Made by a program: the position numbers and the translations under genes
NCBI GenBank assembly: GCA_963820525.1
Contig: CAWGAA010000001.1
Location: 2,368,001 to 2,432,000 of the forward strand
Length of the DNA: 64,000 nt
From: an uncultured Spirochaetota bacterium
GTDB taxonomy: Bacteria; Spirochaetota; Spirochaetia; SZUA-6; Fen-1364
Direction: 5' to 3'
Part shown: positions 1-9,141 of the stretch, piece after piece
Numbering within the stretch: position 1 is the stretch's first letter
Layout: each line of letters begins with the position of its first letter
The notes under the pieces: model-generated
The model's database searches: none
The model's input: the letters and a program-made list of their open reading frames with translations, nothing else
Told to the model about the DNA's origin: nothing

Positions 1-4
1 CGAG

Positions 5-247
5 GTGGAAATACACGAATCAAAAGACTCGTATGTCATGGAAGTGGACCTGCCCGGGCTCGTGGAAAAAGATGTTGAAGTGAAGCTCGAAAACGGCCTG
101 CTCGTCATCTCCTCTGGAAAGGAAAACGCGGACTTCCTCCGGCGCTTCGTCGTTCCCGCCGACGTGGACAAACAAAGGATCTCCCGGGAGCTGCGAAACG
201 GAAAACTGATCCTCAGCTTCCCGAAAAACCGCGCTGAAGCCCTGTAG
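5..247 (+). CDS. Hsp20/alpha-crystallin small heat-shock protein, probably 5'-truncated by the window edge
   Basis: EVDLPGL..DVEVKLENGLLVIS and F.RRFVVPADVD...I...LRNGKLILSFPK alpha-crystallin motifs; frame is open to the window start. Confidence 0.8.
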   Translation: MEIHESKDSYVMEVDLPGLVEKDVEVKLENGLLVISSGKENADFLRRFVVPADVDKQRISRELRNGKLILSFPKNRAEAL

Positions 248-280
248 AGCGCTTCGCGCCGGGGTCCTTTCCAGCCGCCG

Positions 281-1792
281 CTACACCTTGATGATCGCGC
301 AAAACCTCTCGTAGGCCCGGGACCATTCATCCGCCTTGCCGGGCTTGAACTCGCGGATGGGGAAGGAGCTCTTCACGAGCGGCATGGCATCGGAGAGCTT
401 CTCGAACACCCCCAGCCCGAGCGCCTGAACCAGGGAATTGCCGACGGCGGTCGCCTCCTCGGGGCCGGCCACCACCTTCAGGCCGCAGGCATCCGCCGTC
501 ATCTGGTTGAGCAGCTCATTGCGCGACCCACCCCCCACAATGTGAACCACCCTGTTGGGCTTGCCGCTCACCTCCGCGATTCTCTCCGCGACCATCCTGT
601 ACTTGAGCGCGAGGCTCTCGTAGACCGCGCGCAGCGTTGCACCCCTGTCCCGCGGAGGCTCTTGGGATGTGCGGCGGCAGAAGGCGACGATGGCCTGCTC
701 CATGTTGGCGGGGTTGTAGAATCCCCTGTCGTCGGGATCGAGAAAAGCTGAGAAGCCCGCGGCCTGGGACGTGAGCCGCGTGATCTCCTCCCAGCTCATC
801 TCGCGCCCGTCGCGCTCCCGCCATCCGCGGCGAAGCTCCTGCGCCAGCCACGTGCCCATGCAGTTCTTCAGGAAGCGGACATTGCCGATCCCGCCCTCAT
901 TGCTCATGTTTGCGGCCATCGCCTCGGGGCTCGTGATGGGTTTCTTGATGAGCTTTCCCACAAGAGACCAGGTGCCGGAGCTGATGATGAGGGCGCTGGA
1001 AGGGTTGGAGACCGGCGCCGCGGCGAACGCGCTCGCCGTGTCGTGCGAGCCAACCGCGACGATCTTCGCCCGATCCAGCCCTACGGACTGCGCCACTTCC
1101 TTTCCCAGCTCCCCGACCACCGTTCCCGGGGCCACGATATCCGGCATGATCCACGCAGGTATGCCGAGGGCGCGAAGGACTTCCCTGCTCCACTTCAGCT
1201 TCTTGGAATCCATGAGCTGGGTGATGCTCGCCCAGGAGGAATCCACCTGCGTTGCGCCTCCCAGCCAGTAGGCGAAGAGGGTGGGAACCGGAAGGAAGCG
1301 AACCCCTTTCTTGAGGAGGGAGCGACGGTTGGTCACCCACCAGAGAAGCTGGTTGGAAACGTTGAAGGGTTGGAAGTGGATGCCGGTGATCTGGTAGAGG
1401 CGCTGGGCGTCGATGCGGGCCTTCACCTCCTCCACCATTGCATCGAGGCGATGATCGCGGTACGCGTACATCTGGCCCAGCGTGACCCCGTCCTCCGTGA
1501 CGAACGCCCCGTCGGCGCCCCAGGCATCGATGCCGATCGAATCGGCGCGGTCTCCCACCTCGCGGCGGAACGCGCGCAGGCCCGCCATCACGTTGGTATA
1601 CAGAAAGACCTCGTCCCAGACAGACCGCTCTTCCATGCGCCCGCTCGCGTCGGCAACCCAGAGCGTCGCCGCCTCATGGCTGAAGCGGTGGACCTCCTTC
1701 AGGGAGAATCCGTTCTCGTCGAAGCTGCCGGCGAAACACTTGCCCCCCGATGCCCCGAGATCCACGGCGATGGTCCGCGCAGACTTTTTCAT
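281..1792 (-). CDS. rhaB: Rhamnulokinase family FGGY sugar kinase
   Basis: AVDLGASGG, SIGIDAWGAD, VGSHDTASA, ISSGTWSLVG, NEGG, LKNCMGTW and VGGGSRNELLNQ motifs. Confidence 0.88.
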   Translation of the reverse strand: MKKSARTIAVDLGASGGKCFAGSFDENGFSLKEVHRFSHEAATLWVADASGRMEERSVWDEVFLYTNVMAGLRAFRREVGDRADSIGIDAWGADGAFVTEDGVTLGQMYAYRDHRLDAMVEEVKARIDAQRLYQITGIHFQPFNVSNQLLWWVTNRRSLLKKGVRFLPVPTLFAYWLGGATQVDSSWASITQLMDSKKLKWSREVLRALGIPAWIMPDIVAPGTVVGELGKEVAQSVGLDRAKIVAVGSHDTASAFAAAPVSNPSSALIISSGTWSLVGKLIKKPITSPEAMAANMSNEGGIGNVRFLKNCMGTWLAQELRRGWRERDGREMSWEEITRLTSQAAGFSAFLDPDDRGFYNPANMEQAIVAFCRRTSQEPPRDRGATLRAVYESLALKYRMVAERIAEVSGKPNRVVHIVGGGSRNELLNQMTADACGLKVVAGPEEATAVGNSLVQALGLGVFEKLSDAMPLVKSSFPIREFKPGKADEWSRAYERFCAIIKV

Positions 1793-1803
1793 GGCATGCG
1801 CCT

Positions 1804-2301
1804 TCAGCCTAAGGCGAGCTTCTTCTGTCTATCGATGAGCATCCCGATGTGCTTGATCTCCTCATTGATGAGGGGCTCGATCTTATCGTGCCCCAGCTCG
1901 GGGGGCACGACCTTTTTCATCGTGATATAGAAGACGACGGAATCCTTCTCGAAGGTGAGGGCGAGGTTGAGGATGGTGAAGGGATCCTTGCATTCGCCCA
2001 CGAGCCCCACGACATCGATCTCCTTCATGAACACGTGGCTGTCCGCCGTTGCGCGAAGGTACTGCTCCGCCTCTCCCGTGGGGTCATGGATCTCCACGGC
2101 CCCCGCGTCGGGGGGGAGCGCGTCGCGGAGGCTCTGGAACAGCGCCACGTGCCGCCCCTCCCATGCGGCGAGCTCCGTGAAGAGATCCCGCACCGCTCGG
2201 CCGCCGGATTTCTTCGCCGCCTCCTCATAGAAGCTTTTTCCGTTCTGCTCGATCTGCAGTCCCATGTCGAAGATCTCGCGGGCATTGAAGTTCAAGCTCA
2301 T
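1804..2301 (-). CDS. Ferritin/rubrerythrin-like diiron protein
   Basis: E..G..FY, E.RH, FEKDSVVFY and EE.KH diiron helices; start at 2301 chosen for the upstream GGAGGA RBS. Confidence 0.82.
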   Translation of the reverse strand: MSLNFNAREIFDMGLQIEQNGKSFYEEAAKKSGGRAVRDLFTELAAWEGRHVALFQSLRDALPPDAGAVEIHDPTGEAEQYLRATADSHVFMKEIDVVGLVGECKDPFTILNLALTFEKDSVVFYITMKKVVPPELGHDKIEPLINEEIKHIGMLIDRQKKLALG

Positions 2302-2349
2302 TCGGTCCTCCTGTGTGCTTGAGGGCACACTCCCGGTCCCGGGTTGCCC

Positions 2350-3480
2350 TTACGGGCGGCTCATGGTGCTCCGCTCCCCGGGGAGCGGAGCCGTCTCGAG
2401 CGCCTGCTCCACCTCGAATCTCTCCAGGGCAAGCCTGATCAGCCTGTCGACGAGATCCCCGTAGGAGATACCGCTCGCTTCCCAGAGCTTCGGATACATG
2501 CTGATCCTGGTGAAGCCGGGAATCGTGTTGATCTCGTTCACGAGTATCCGCCCGTCGGCCTGGAGAAACATGTCCACGCGCGCCATGCCCTCGGCGGAAA
2601 GCACGGTGAAGGCGCGTGCGGCGAGCCTCCGCACTTCCGCCGTAGTCTGGGGGTCGAGGCGCGCCGGGATCTCCAGCTCGGCCCCGTTCTCGTCTATGTA
2701 CTTGGCCTCATAATCGTAGAAATCGTGGGTGGCCTTGATCTCTCCGGGGACCGAGACGAGAGGCTCGCAGTTGCCGAGAACCGAGCACTCGATCTCACGG
2801 CCGTTGATGCACTCCTCGATCAGCGCCTTCGTGTCGTAGCGGAAGGCGAGCTCCAGCGCAGCCGCGAACTCCTCCGGAGTGCGCACCTTGCTCACGCCCA
2901 CCGAAGAGCCGAGACAGGCGGGCTTCACGAAAAGGGGAAGGCCCAGCTCCGCGGTGGCCGCGACAAAGGAGAGCGCTTCCCTGCGGGCGCGCGTAAGCAC
3001 GAAGAATCGTGGCGTGGGAATTCCCGCGTCACGCAGGAGCCTCTTCATCACGTCCTTGTCCATGCCCACGGCGGATCCGAGAATCCCCGCCCCGACGCAG
3101 GGGATATTGGCCAGCTTGCACAACCCCTGCACCGAGCCATCCTCGCCATAGGGGCCGTGAAGCACGGGAAATATGACGTCGAGAGAGCCCAGGCCGCGAT
3201 TGGAGGAGAGATCGAGCAGCTGGGAAGAGCGCCCGCTCGGAGCCAGCGCCACTTCCCGCGCGCCCTCCGATGCCAGCTTCGGCAGCCCCTTCCCCTGCTC
3301 GAGCAGGGGAAGGGATCGCTCGTTCAAATACCAGCGTCCCTCCCTGTCGATTCCGAGGAGCACAACGTCGTAGAGATCGGGATTCATCGCCTCGAGGATA
3401 TTCCTTGCGGATTGGATGGAGACCTCGTGCTCAGCAGAGCGGCCGCCGAATACCACCCCGACTTTGATCTTCTTCGCCAT
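2350..3480 (-). CDS. ddl: D-alanine--D-alanine ligase
   Basis: FGGRSAEHEVSI, FPVLHGPYGEDG, GSSVGV, YDYEAKY and NEINTIPGFT.ISMYP motifs; start 3480 or 3489. Confidence 0.95.
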   Translation of the reverse strand: MAKKIKVGVVFGGRSAEHEVSIQSARNILEAMNPDLYDVVLLGIDREGRWYLNERSLPLLEQGKGLPKLASEGAREVALAPSGRSSQLLDLSSNRGLGSLDVIFPVLHGPYGEDGSVQGLCKLANIPCVGAGILGSAVGMDKDVMKRLLRDAGIPTPRFFVLTRARREALSFVAATAELGLPLFVKPACLGSSVGVSKVRTPEEFAAALELAFRYDTKALIEECINGREIECSVLGNCEPLVSVPGEIKATHDFYDYEAKYIDENGAELEIPARLDPQTTAEVRRLAARAFTVLSAEGMARVDMFLQADGRILVNEINTIPGFTRISMYPKLWEASGISYGDLVDRLIRLALERFEVEQALETAPLPGERSTMSRP

Positions 3481-3583
3481 GGCTCTCATCAAGAGTATTG
3501 GAATCGGCCTCCCCTGTCCAGAAACCGCGCGACCGGGAAAAGCGCTGCGCGGCGGCAGGCTCCCTCCGTGGGGCTTTCGGTTT

Positions 3584-5041
3584 TCACTGCGCCGCGGCCG
3601 AAAGGAGCGCGGCAAGATCCCTGTCTCCCGAAGCACGCGCGACGGACAGCGGCGTTCGGCCCTGCTCGTCGGCGGCTTTCGGGTCCGCCCCGCGGGAAAG
3701 AAGGAGCGCCGCCTCCTCGCGCTTTCTTGTTTCCACCGCGCGCAGGAGAGCGGTTTCTCCGCCGGCGTTTCGCTCGTCCACCGGCGCCCCCTGCTCCAGG
3801 AGCAGCTTCACCACATCGAGTCCCGGAAGGCCCGTTCGGGTCTCCACCGCGTAGAAGAGGGGTGTGTTTCCCTTCTCGTCGTGGGAATTGATGTCCGCGC
3901 CGCGCGAAAGCAGGTAGCCGGCCATTTCGAGATTGCGGGCCTGGACCGCCTCGATCAGGGGGGTCGTCCGGCCCTTGGGATTCACCTCGGCGCCGCGCGA
4001 GATCAGGATTTCGGCCACTGCCGCCTTGCCCTGGCGGGCCGCGAGCTCCAGGGGGGTGGATCCCATCTCCGCGGGCTTGTTGGGATCCGCGCCGGCATCC
4101 AGCAGCATCCGGATGATCGTTTCATCTCCCCTGGCGGATGCGATGGAGAGCGGCGTTCTGGAGAATCTGTCGACGGCATCCACGTCCACTCCGCGGGAGA
4201 TCACCTCGGCCGCAAGCTCCTCCAGCCCCTGCTGGGCCGCGATATGAAGGAAGGTTCGGCCCCTGGAGTCTGCAGCCGAGGCATCGGTGATCCGCTGGGT
4301 AAGGATGCGGGCGATGCGGGCATCTCCCCGGTCGTAAGCTTCCGCCACAGCCGAGGCATCCACGCCCTTCTCGGAAAGCAGGAGGGCCATCTCCCCGTCG
4401 TCCTGCCGGACCGCGTACCAAAGAGGGGAGGAGCCTTTCTCGTCGGCCAGGAGAGGGTCCGCCCCGCCGGCAAGGAGGGTTCGGGCAACGTCGAGGTAGG
4501 CGCGCCTCCTGTCGCCGGCCTCGACCCCCGCGTTGGCCGCCGCCAGGGAAAGGGGCGTGCGTCCCGCGTTGTCGCGCGGGTCGACGTCCGCCGCCGCCTG
4601 GCAGAATACGGCGACGCTTTCAGCCGAGCCCGCGGCGGCAGCCGCATGGAGCGGCGTCCGCCCCGAGGAGTCTTTGGAGGAAAGAAAAGCGGTGAGAGAC
4701 ATCACGTCCGCTCCCTGATCCAGCAGGAGCCTCACCGCCGCGCCCTGGAGGCTTGCGGCGGCCCGAAGGAGCGGAGTCATCCCGTAAATATCCCTGGCCC
4801 CCAAAGGAGCCTTGTTCTTGACCAGAAGCTGGATCACATCGAGGCTCCCGCGAGCCGCTGCATAGTGAAGTGCGGTACGGCCGAACTGATCGGTGACCCC
4901 GATGCGGGCTCCTTTTTTCAGCGCGCTCTGTACGGCGGTGGCGCTTCCCTGGGATGCTGCCTTCAGAAGGTCGTCATTGGCGTTGGCGGCGGCCGCGATC
5001 GGGACGAGCAGCAGCGCAAGGAGGACCCGGAGCTTCTTCAT
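3584..5041 (-). CDS. Exported ankyrin-repeat protein
   Basis: Signal peptide MKKLRVLLALLLVPIAAAANA followed by many G.TPLH/L.AA...G....V.LLL..GAD.N ankyrin units. Confidence 0.9.
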   Translation of the reverse strand: MKKLRVLLALLLVPIAAAANANDDLLKAASQGSATAVQSALKKGARIGVTDQFGRTALHYAAARGSLDVIQLLVKNKAPLGARDIYGMTPLLRAAASLQGAAVRLLLDQGADVMSLTAFLSSKDSSGRTPLHAAAAAGSAESVAVFCQAAADVDPRDNAGRTPLSLAAANAGVEAGDRRRAYLDVARTLLAGGADPLLADEKGSSPLWYAVRQDDGEMALLLSEKGVDASAVAEAYDRGDARIARILTQRITDASAADSRGRTFLHIAAQQGLEELAAEVISRGVDVDAVDRFSRTPLSIASARGDETIIRMLLDAGADPNKPAEMGSTPLELAARQGKAAVAEILISRGAEVNPKGRTTPLIEAVQARNLEMAGYLLSRGADINSHDEKGNTPLFYAVETRTGLPGLDVVKLLLEQGAPVDERNAGGETALLRAVETRKREEAALLLSRGADPKAADEQGRTPLSVARASGDRDLAALLSAAAQ

Positions 5042-5057
5042 GGCCCGGTCGGCCCGG

Positions 5058-6410
5058 TCATACCGCCTTTTCCCGCGCCGCAACTTTAGGAAGGATCACG
5101 GTCTGGTAGTATTTGCGGGTGATGGGGTAGAACGAGAGCACGACCACCCCGGCGATGAAGAATACGACGGCAACGGGCCCGACGAGGAGGCGGATGCCGA
5201 GCTTTGCGCTGTCGGTCTGGGCTACGTTTGCCAGGTAGCCGAATGCGGCGAGGATCCAGCCGCTCAGGGCGTTGGCGAAGGCCACCGCAACCTTGTTCAT
5301 GAAGTTCCACAAGCCGTAGAAGGTCCCTTCGCGCCGAACGCCGTTTTCAGCGAAGTCGAGCTCCACCACGTCGGGGACGATCGCATAGGGCATCACGTAG
5401 TTCGTGGCGAACCCAATACCCGCAACGGCCATTGCGATGTACATGATGATCGGCCCCTTGGGCCCCACGAAGAAGGCCCCGAGGACGGCGACGACCACGA
5501 TCGCCATGCCGATGTTGTACGCCCACTTCTTGCCGATCCGCTTGGAGAGTATCGTCCAGATCGGAATGAAGATCAGGGCGGGCACCAGCAGGCAGACCCC
5601 GGCGATCAGGAATGAGCCGGCCCCCCCGTAGATATATTTGAAATAGAAGATCAGGGCTCCCTGCACCACCGTGGTTCCGGCGATATGCAGGGCGTAGGTT
5701 GAAAAGGCCATGACGAAGGGCTTGTTCTTCAGGGCCGCCGCGTACGTCTTGAGGAAGTCCTGCTGTTCGGCCGCTTCCTGCGCCGCGCGCTCCGGCTCCT
5801 TTACCGTGAAGACGGTGACCATGGCGGTGACCAGCATGACGGCGCCCATGATCGCTGCCATCGCCGTCCAGCCAGTGTCCACGTTGGTGAAGGCGCCGAC
5901 GACCATCAGCGTCAAGCCGAGCCCGATGAACGTGCCGACAACCGCAAAGCTCATGCGGAAGGCGTTCAGCACGGTCCGCTCGTCGAAGTCGCGGGTCAGC
6001 TCCGGGGTGAGAGAGCCGTACGGGATGCTCACCATCGTGTACGCGGTGGTGAGAAGGCAGTAGGCCACGGCCATCCAGACGAAGAGCCAGAGCTGGCTCT
6101 GGATATGGGGATTGGTGTACTGGAGGATCATCGTGAAGAGAAGCAGGATCGAGCCCAAAAACATCCACGGACGCCTCCGGCCCCAGCGGCTTCTCGTGCG
6201 GTCTGAGAGATAGCCCACGGTGGGGTCCGTGATCGCATCGCAGACCTTTCCGATCAGCATGGCGGTGCCGGCAAGGCCCGCTCCAAGGCGCGCCACGTCC
6301 GTCATGTAGTTGAGGAGGTAGAAGCCCATGATCGTGAAGAAGAGGTTTCCGCCAAGGTCGCAGATGCCGAAGCCCAGCTTCGTTTTCAGGCTCAGACCCG
6401 TGCCCGCCAT
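5058..6410 (-). CDS. Glycoside-pentoside-hexuronide (GPH) family MFS sugar:cation symporter
   Basis: DAITDPTVGYLSDRTRSRWGRRRPW, PYGSL..ELT and RREG.FYG motifs; about 12 hydrophobic segments. Confidence 0.9.
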   Translation of the reverse strand: MAGTGLSLKTKLGFGICDLGGNLFFTIMGFYLLNYMTDVARLGAGLAGTAMLIGKVCDAITDPTVGYLSDRTRSRWGRRRPWMFLGSILLLFTMILQYTNPHIQSQLWLFVWMAVAYCLLTTAYTMVSIPYGSLTPELTRDFDERTVLNAFRMSFAVVGTFIGLGLTLMVVGAFTNVDTGWTAMAAIMGAVMLVTAMVTVFTVKEPERAAQEAAEQQDFLKTYAAALKNKPFVMAFSTYALHIAGTTVVQGALIFYFKYIYGGAGSFLIAGVCLLVPALIFIPIWTILSKRIGKKWAYNIGMAIVVVAVLGAFFVGPKGPIIMYIAMAVAGIGFATNYVMPYAIVPDVVELDFAENGVRREGTFYGLWNFMNKVAVAFANALSGWILAAFGYLANVAQTDSAKLGIRLLVGPVAVVFFIAGVVVLSFYPITRKYYQTVILPKVAAREKAV

Positions 6411-6538
6411 ACGATCCCCTTCCTCCCGTGGAATGAGGGGATTATGGAAGGGGCGGGTGCCGATGTCAATGCGGAATTTTCTCCAGAGAGTGACTTCTTA
6501 TCGACGTCGGCGGGCGTCTCGGCTCGGGCCCGCGTCGA

Positions 6539-6928
6539 TCATCCGGTGGAGGAGACCGCGGCGCGCGAGTCGATATCCCCGGGATATGCCAGGGCATCGC
6601 TTCCGCGCTCGCCGGTCCTGATGCGCACGATGTCCTGCACGGGGGAGATGAAAATGATCCCGTCCCCTTCCCTGCCCGTGCGCGCCGCTTTCGAGATGGC
6701 CTCCACCGTCCTTTCCACGTTGTGATCGCTCAAGACAATGTTGAGTTGAATCTTGGGCAGCATGTCCTCCTGGTAGTAGGTGTACCGCAGGGAATGCTCT
6801 TCCGCCCCCTGGCGGCCGCACCCATGAATCTCGAAGACGTTCATACCCACGATCCCGATTTCACGCAGCGCGCTTTTCACGGCGCCAAGCGCTTCTTCCC
6901 GGATAATCGCCTCGATTTTGTTGAACAT
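6539..6928 (-). CDS. P-II family nitrogen regulatory protein (GlnB/GlnK-like)
   Basis: KIEAIIR, GRQ, LPK and AARTG.EGDG.IFISPV..VRIRTGERG motifs. Confidence 0.93.
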   Translation of the reverse strand: MFNKIEAIIREEALGAVKSALREIGIVGMNVFEIHGCGRQGAEEHSLRYTYYQEDMLPKIQLNIVLSDHNVERTVEAISKAARTGREGDGIIFISPVQDIVRIRTGERGSDALAYPGDIDSRAAVSSTG

Positions 6929-6971
6929 GGAGCTCGATCCTCCTTTGCTCCTTTAAAGCACATCTACTAAA

Positions 6972-6988
6972 AGCAAATGCCATGCCAA
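6972..6988 (-). promoter_or_regulatory. Sigma54 (-24/-12) promoter of the P-II gene
   Basis: Minus strand TTGGCATGGCATTTGCT = TGGCA...TTGC with GG-N10-GC spacing, about 45 bp upstream of the ATG. Confidence 0.75.
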
Positions 6989-7040
6989 GGGAAGAAACCG
7001 CCTGGCTCGAAAGAAAAGACTGAAAAAAAACAGGAGAAAT

Positions 7041-7057
7041 TGCACCGTTTCAGCGCG
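7041..7057. promoter_or_regulatory. Possible NtrC-type enhancer site
   Basis: TGCACCGTTTCAGCGCG has one perfect half (TGCACC) of the TGCACC-N5-GGTGCA consensus and lies upstream of the sigma54 promoter. Confidence 0.35.
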
Positions 7058-7145
7058 GTATTCGTTCGGGGAAGAGCCGAAGCTACATTCCTGTAGATTC
7101 GGGTGAGAAAACCTACAATCCTGTCTTGTCAGCCGGCGCTCCCGG

Positions 7146-8117
7146 CTATCGCTTCGGTGCTGGCCTCTTCGACTTGCCGCCTGCGGCCGGCTTTTTTCCG
7201 GAACCCGACTTCACGGGTTTTGATGCCTTCTTCGCGGGCTTTGCCTTCAAAGTCTTTTTTCCGGCGCTTTTCGACTTCGGCTTGGACTTGGATGCCGGGG
7301 CGGCCTTCGGCTTTGCCGGAGCCTTCGCTTTCGGCTTTGCGACCGCCTTTGGCTTTGGCTTTGCGACTGCTTTGGGCTTCGGCCTGGCGGCCGGAGACGG
7401 CTTTGGCTGGGCCTTAGCCGCGGGCCGGGCTTGAACGACGGGAGCCGGCTTGGGTGCGGTGAATGCCGCCGGTTTGGGCGCTGCGGCGGCGGGCGACGGC
7501 TTCGTTTCGGTTGTGGGCCTGGGCGGCACCGTGGGGGCCGGCTCCGGTTTGGAGACGACGGGAGCCGGCTTGGGGGCGGTGAATGCCGCCGGTTTGGGCG
7601 CTGCGGCGGCGGGCGACGGCTTCGTTTCGGTTGTGGGCCTGGGCGGCACCGTGGGGGTCGGCTCCGGTTTGGAAACGAAGGGAGCCGGTTTGGGGGCGGT
7701 GAATGCCGCCGGTTTGGGCGCCGCAGCTGCCGGAGTCTCCACTTTGGGAGCAGCGGCCGCCGGCTTTATCTCCCCTGCCGGCCTCGGCGGGCCTGCGGGC
7801 GGCATCGGGGCGGCCGCAGGAATGGAGACGACCGAGTTGTCGCTTCCGAAGGCGTTCAGGACGTGCGAATCAGCGGCCGGATCGTTGTGCCAGCGGCTGG
7901 ACTGGTCGCGGAAACGATACTGGTACTGGCGCCCGGCCGGAAGCTCGAGGGAAACGCTCCACGAGCCGTCGGCGCGGCGGCCGAGCGGGGTCGCCGTATC
8001 ACTCCAGCCGTTGAAGTCCCCGACAAGATAGAGCGCCTCGATTCCCGATGAGCCGGGAAAGGAGAAAGTGACGAGGAACTTACCTCCCTGGGATGGCCTT
8101 TTCTCGATCATGATCAT
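7146..8117 (-). CDS. Glycogen-binding CBM48/early-set domain fused to a Pro/Ala linker and a histone-H1-like Lys/Ala/Pro tail
   Basis: N-terminal VTF...LVGDFNGW......L....DGSW..L.LP.G..YQYRF.....W.NDP......N.FG..NSV; C-terminal KPKAVAKPK/KPAKKASK repeats. Confidence 0.8.
   Translation of the reverse strand: MIMIEKRPSQGGKFLVTFSFPGSSGIEALYLVGDFNGWSDTATPLGRRADGSWSVSLELPAGRQYQYRFRDQSSRWHNDPAADSHVLNAFGSDNSVVSIPAAAPMPPAGPPRPAGEIKPAAAAPKVETPAAAAPKPAAFTAPKPAPFVSKPEPTPTVPPRPTTETKPSPAAAAPKPAAFTAPKPAPVVSKPEPAPTVPPRPTTETKPSPAAAAPKPAAFTAPKPAPVVQARPAAKAQPKPSPAARPKPKAVAKPKPKAVAKPKAKAPAKPKAAPASKSKPKSKSAGKKTLKAKPAKKASKPVKSGSGKKPAAGGKSKRPAPKR
7435..7726. repeat. Intragenic 120-bp tandem repeat, about 2.4 copies (40-aa unit)
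   Basis: 7441-7560 and 7561-7680 differ at only a few positions; a third partial copy starts at 7681. Confidence 0.95.
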
Positions 8118-8133
8118 ACCTCCTGCGGTGGAT

Positions 8134-8937
8134 TCAGACCGGAGCCTTGCTCATCAGACCTTTCGCCATCCTGACGAGAAGCCCTCTCGGCGCCAGGCGC
8201 GCCAAGGCCATCATGAGCTTGTTGTACCAACCCGAAACGATCTTCCGCCTTCCTCTCATCATGGCCCGGTAGCCGATACGGGCAACCGCATCCGCCGACA
8301 TCGCATTGGCCTTCACTAATTTGATATTCTCGGTATTGGCCCTGGAGCTGAAACCGGTGACGGTGTTGCCGGGGCAGAGAATGGTCATGGTCACGCCGGT
8401 GCCGGAAAGCTCTTCCGAGATTGCCAGCGAAAAGCTCAACACGAAAGCCTTAGTCGCACAGTACACGGCCATCAAAGGAGAAGGAACGAAAGAACCGGTA
8501 GAGCCGATGTTCAGGATCCTGCCCCGGTGCCTCCCCATCATGCCGGGCAGCATCAGCTGTGTGAGGTGAACCAGGGACTCGACGTTCACCTGGATCATCT
8601 GCCGCTGGGTTTCCCAGTTGGACCCCGCGAATGGGCCCCAATCGCCGAACCCGGCGTTGTTCACCAGCACATCGACGGTGATTCCCCGGGCGTCGAGCTC
8701 TGAGCCGATTTCGGCAGGCGCGCCGGGGGCGGCGAGGTCTTTCGCGATGGTGAGGGCATCGCTGCCGTGCTCGTCGCGCAGCCGGGCTGCGGCCTGCGCG
8801 AGCCTTTCGGGGCTGCGCGCCACAAGCACGAGGTCATAGCCCTTGGCGGCGAAGAGACGGGCGATCTCGAAGCCGATCCCTCCGGAGGCGCCCGTGATCA
8901 GGGCCGTCTGGCGGCGATTCGGCTGTCCCTCAGGCAT
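8134..8937 (-). CDS. Short-chain dehydrogenase/reductase
   Basis: TGASGGIG, LVNNAGFG and YCATK catalytic motif. Confidence 0.92.
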   Translation of the reverse strand: MPEGQPNRRQTALITGASGGIGFEIARLFAAKGYDLVLVARSPERLAQAAARLRDEHGSDALTIAKDLAAPGAPAEIGSELDARGITVDVLVNNAGFGDWGPFAGSNWETQRQMIQVNVESLVHLTQLMLPGMMGRHRGRILNIGSTGSFVPSPLMAVYCATKAFVLSFSLAISEELSGTGVTMTILCPGNTVTGFSSRANTENIKLVKANAMSADAVARIGYRAMMRGRRKIVSGWYNKLMMALARLAPRGLLVRMAKGLMSKAPV

Positions 8938-9141
8938 GCGAGGTCCCTCCTGGTGAAAGTATACTCCGAGCTATCGCTGCTCTGTCAATGCTCGACCGGC
9001 GACGCGCAGCCTCCTCGTGGTGCGGTCATCCGACGGGGCCGCGCGCGCATCAACCGGCGCGTCCGGCAGCGGGGCAGCCGCGAGAACCTGGCGACGCGGC
9101 GGTGGATGGGGTTTCATGCGCCGGTTGAGCTTACGCCGGCG

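Noticed and set aside
3584..5041. Ankyrin protein as a host-directed effector
   Set aside because: It has an ordinary Sec signal peptide and a housekeeping neighbourhood, with no secretion-system context.
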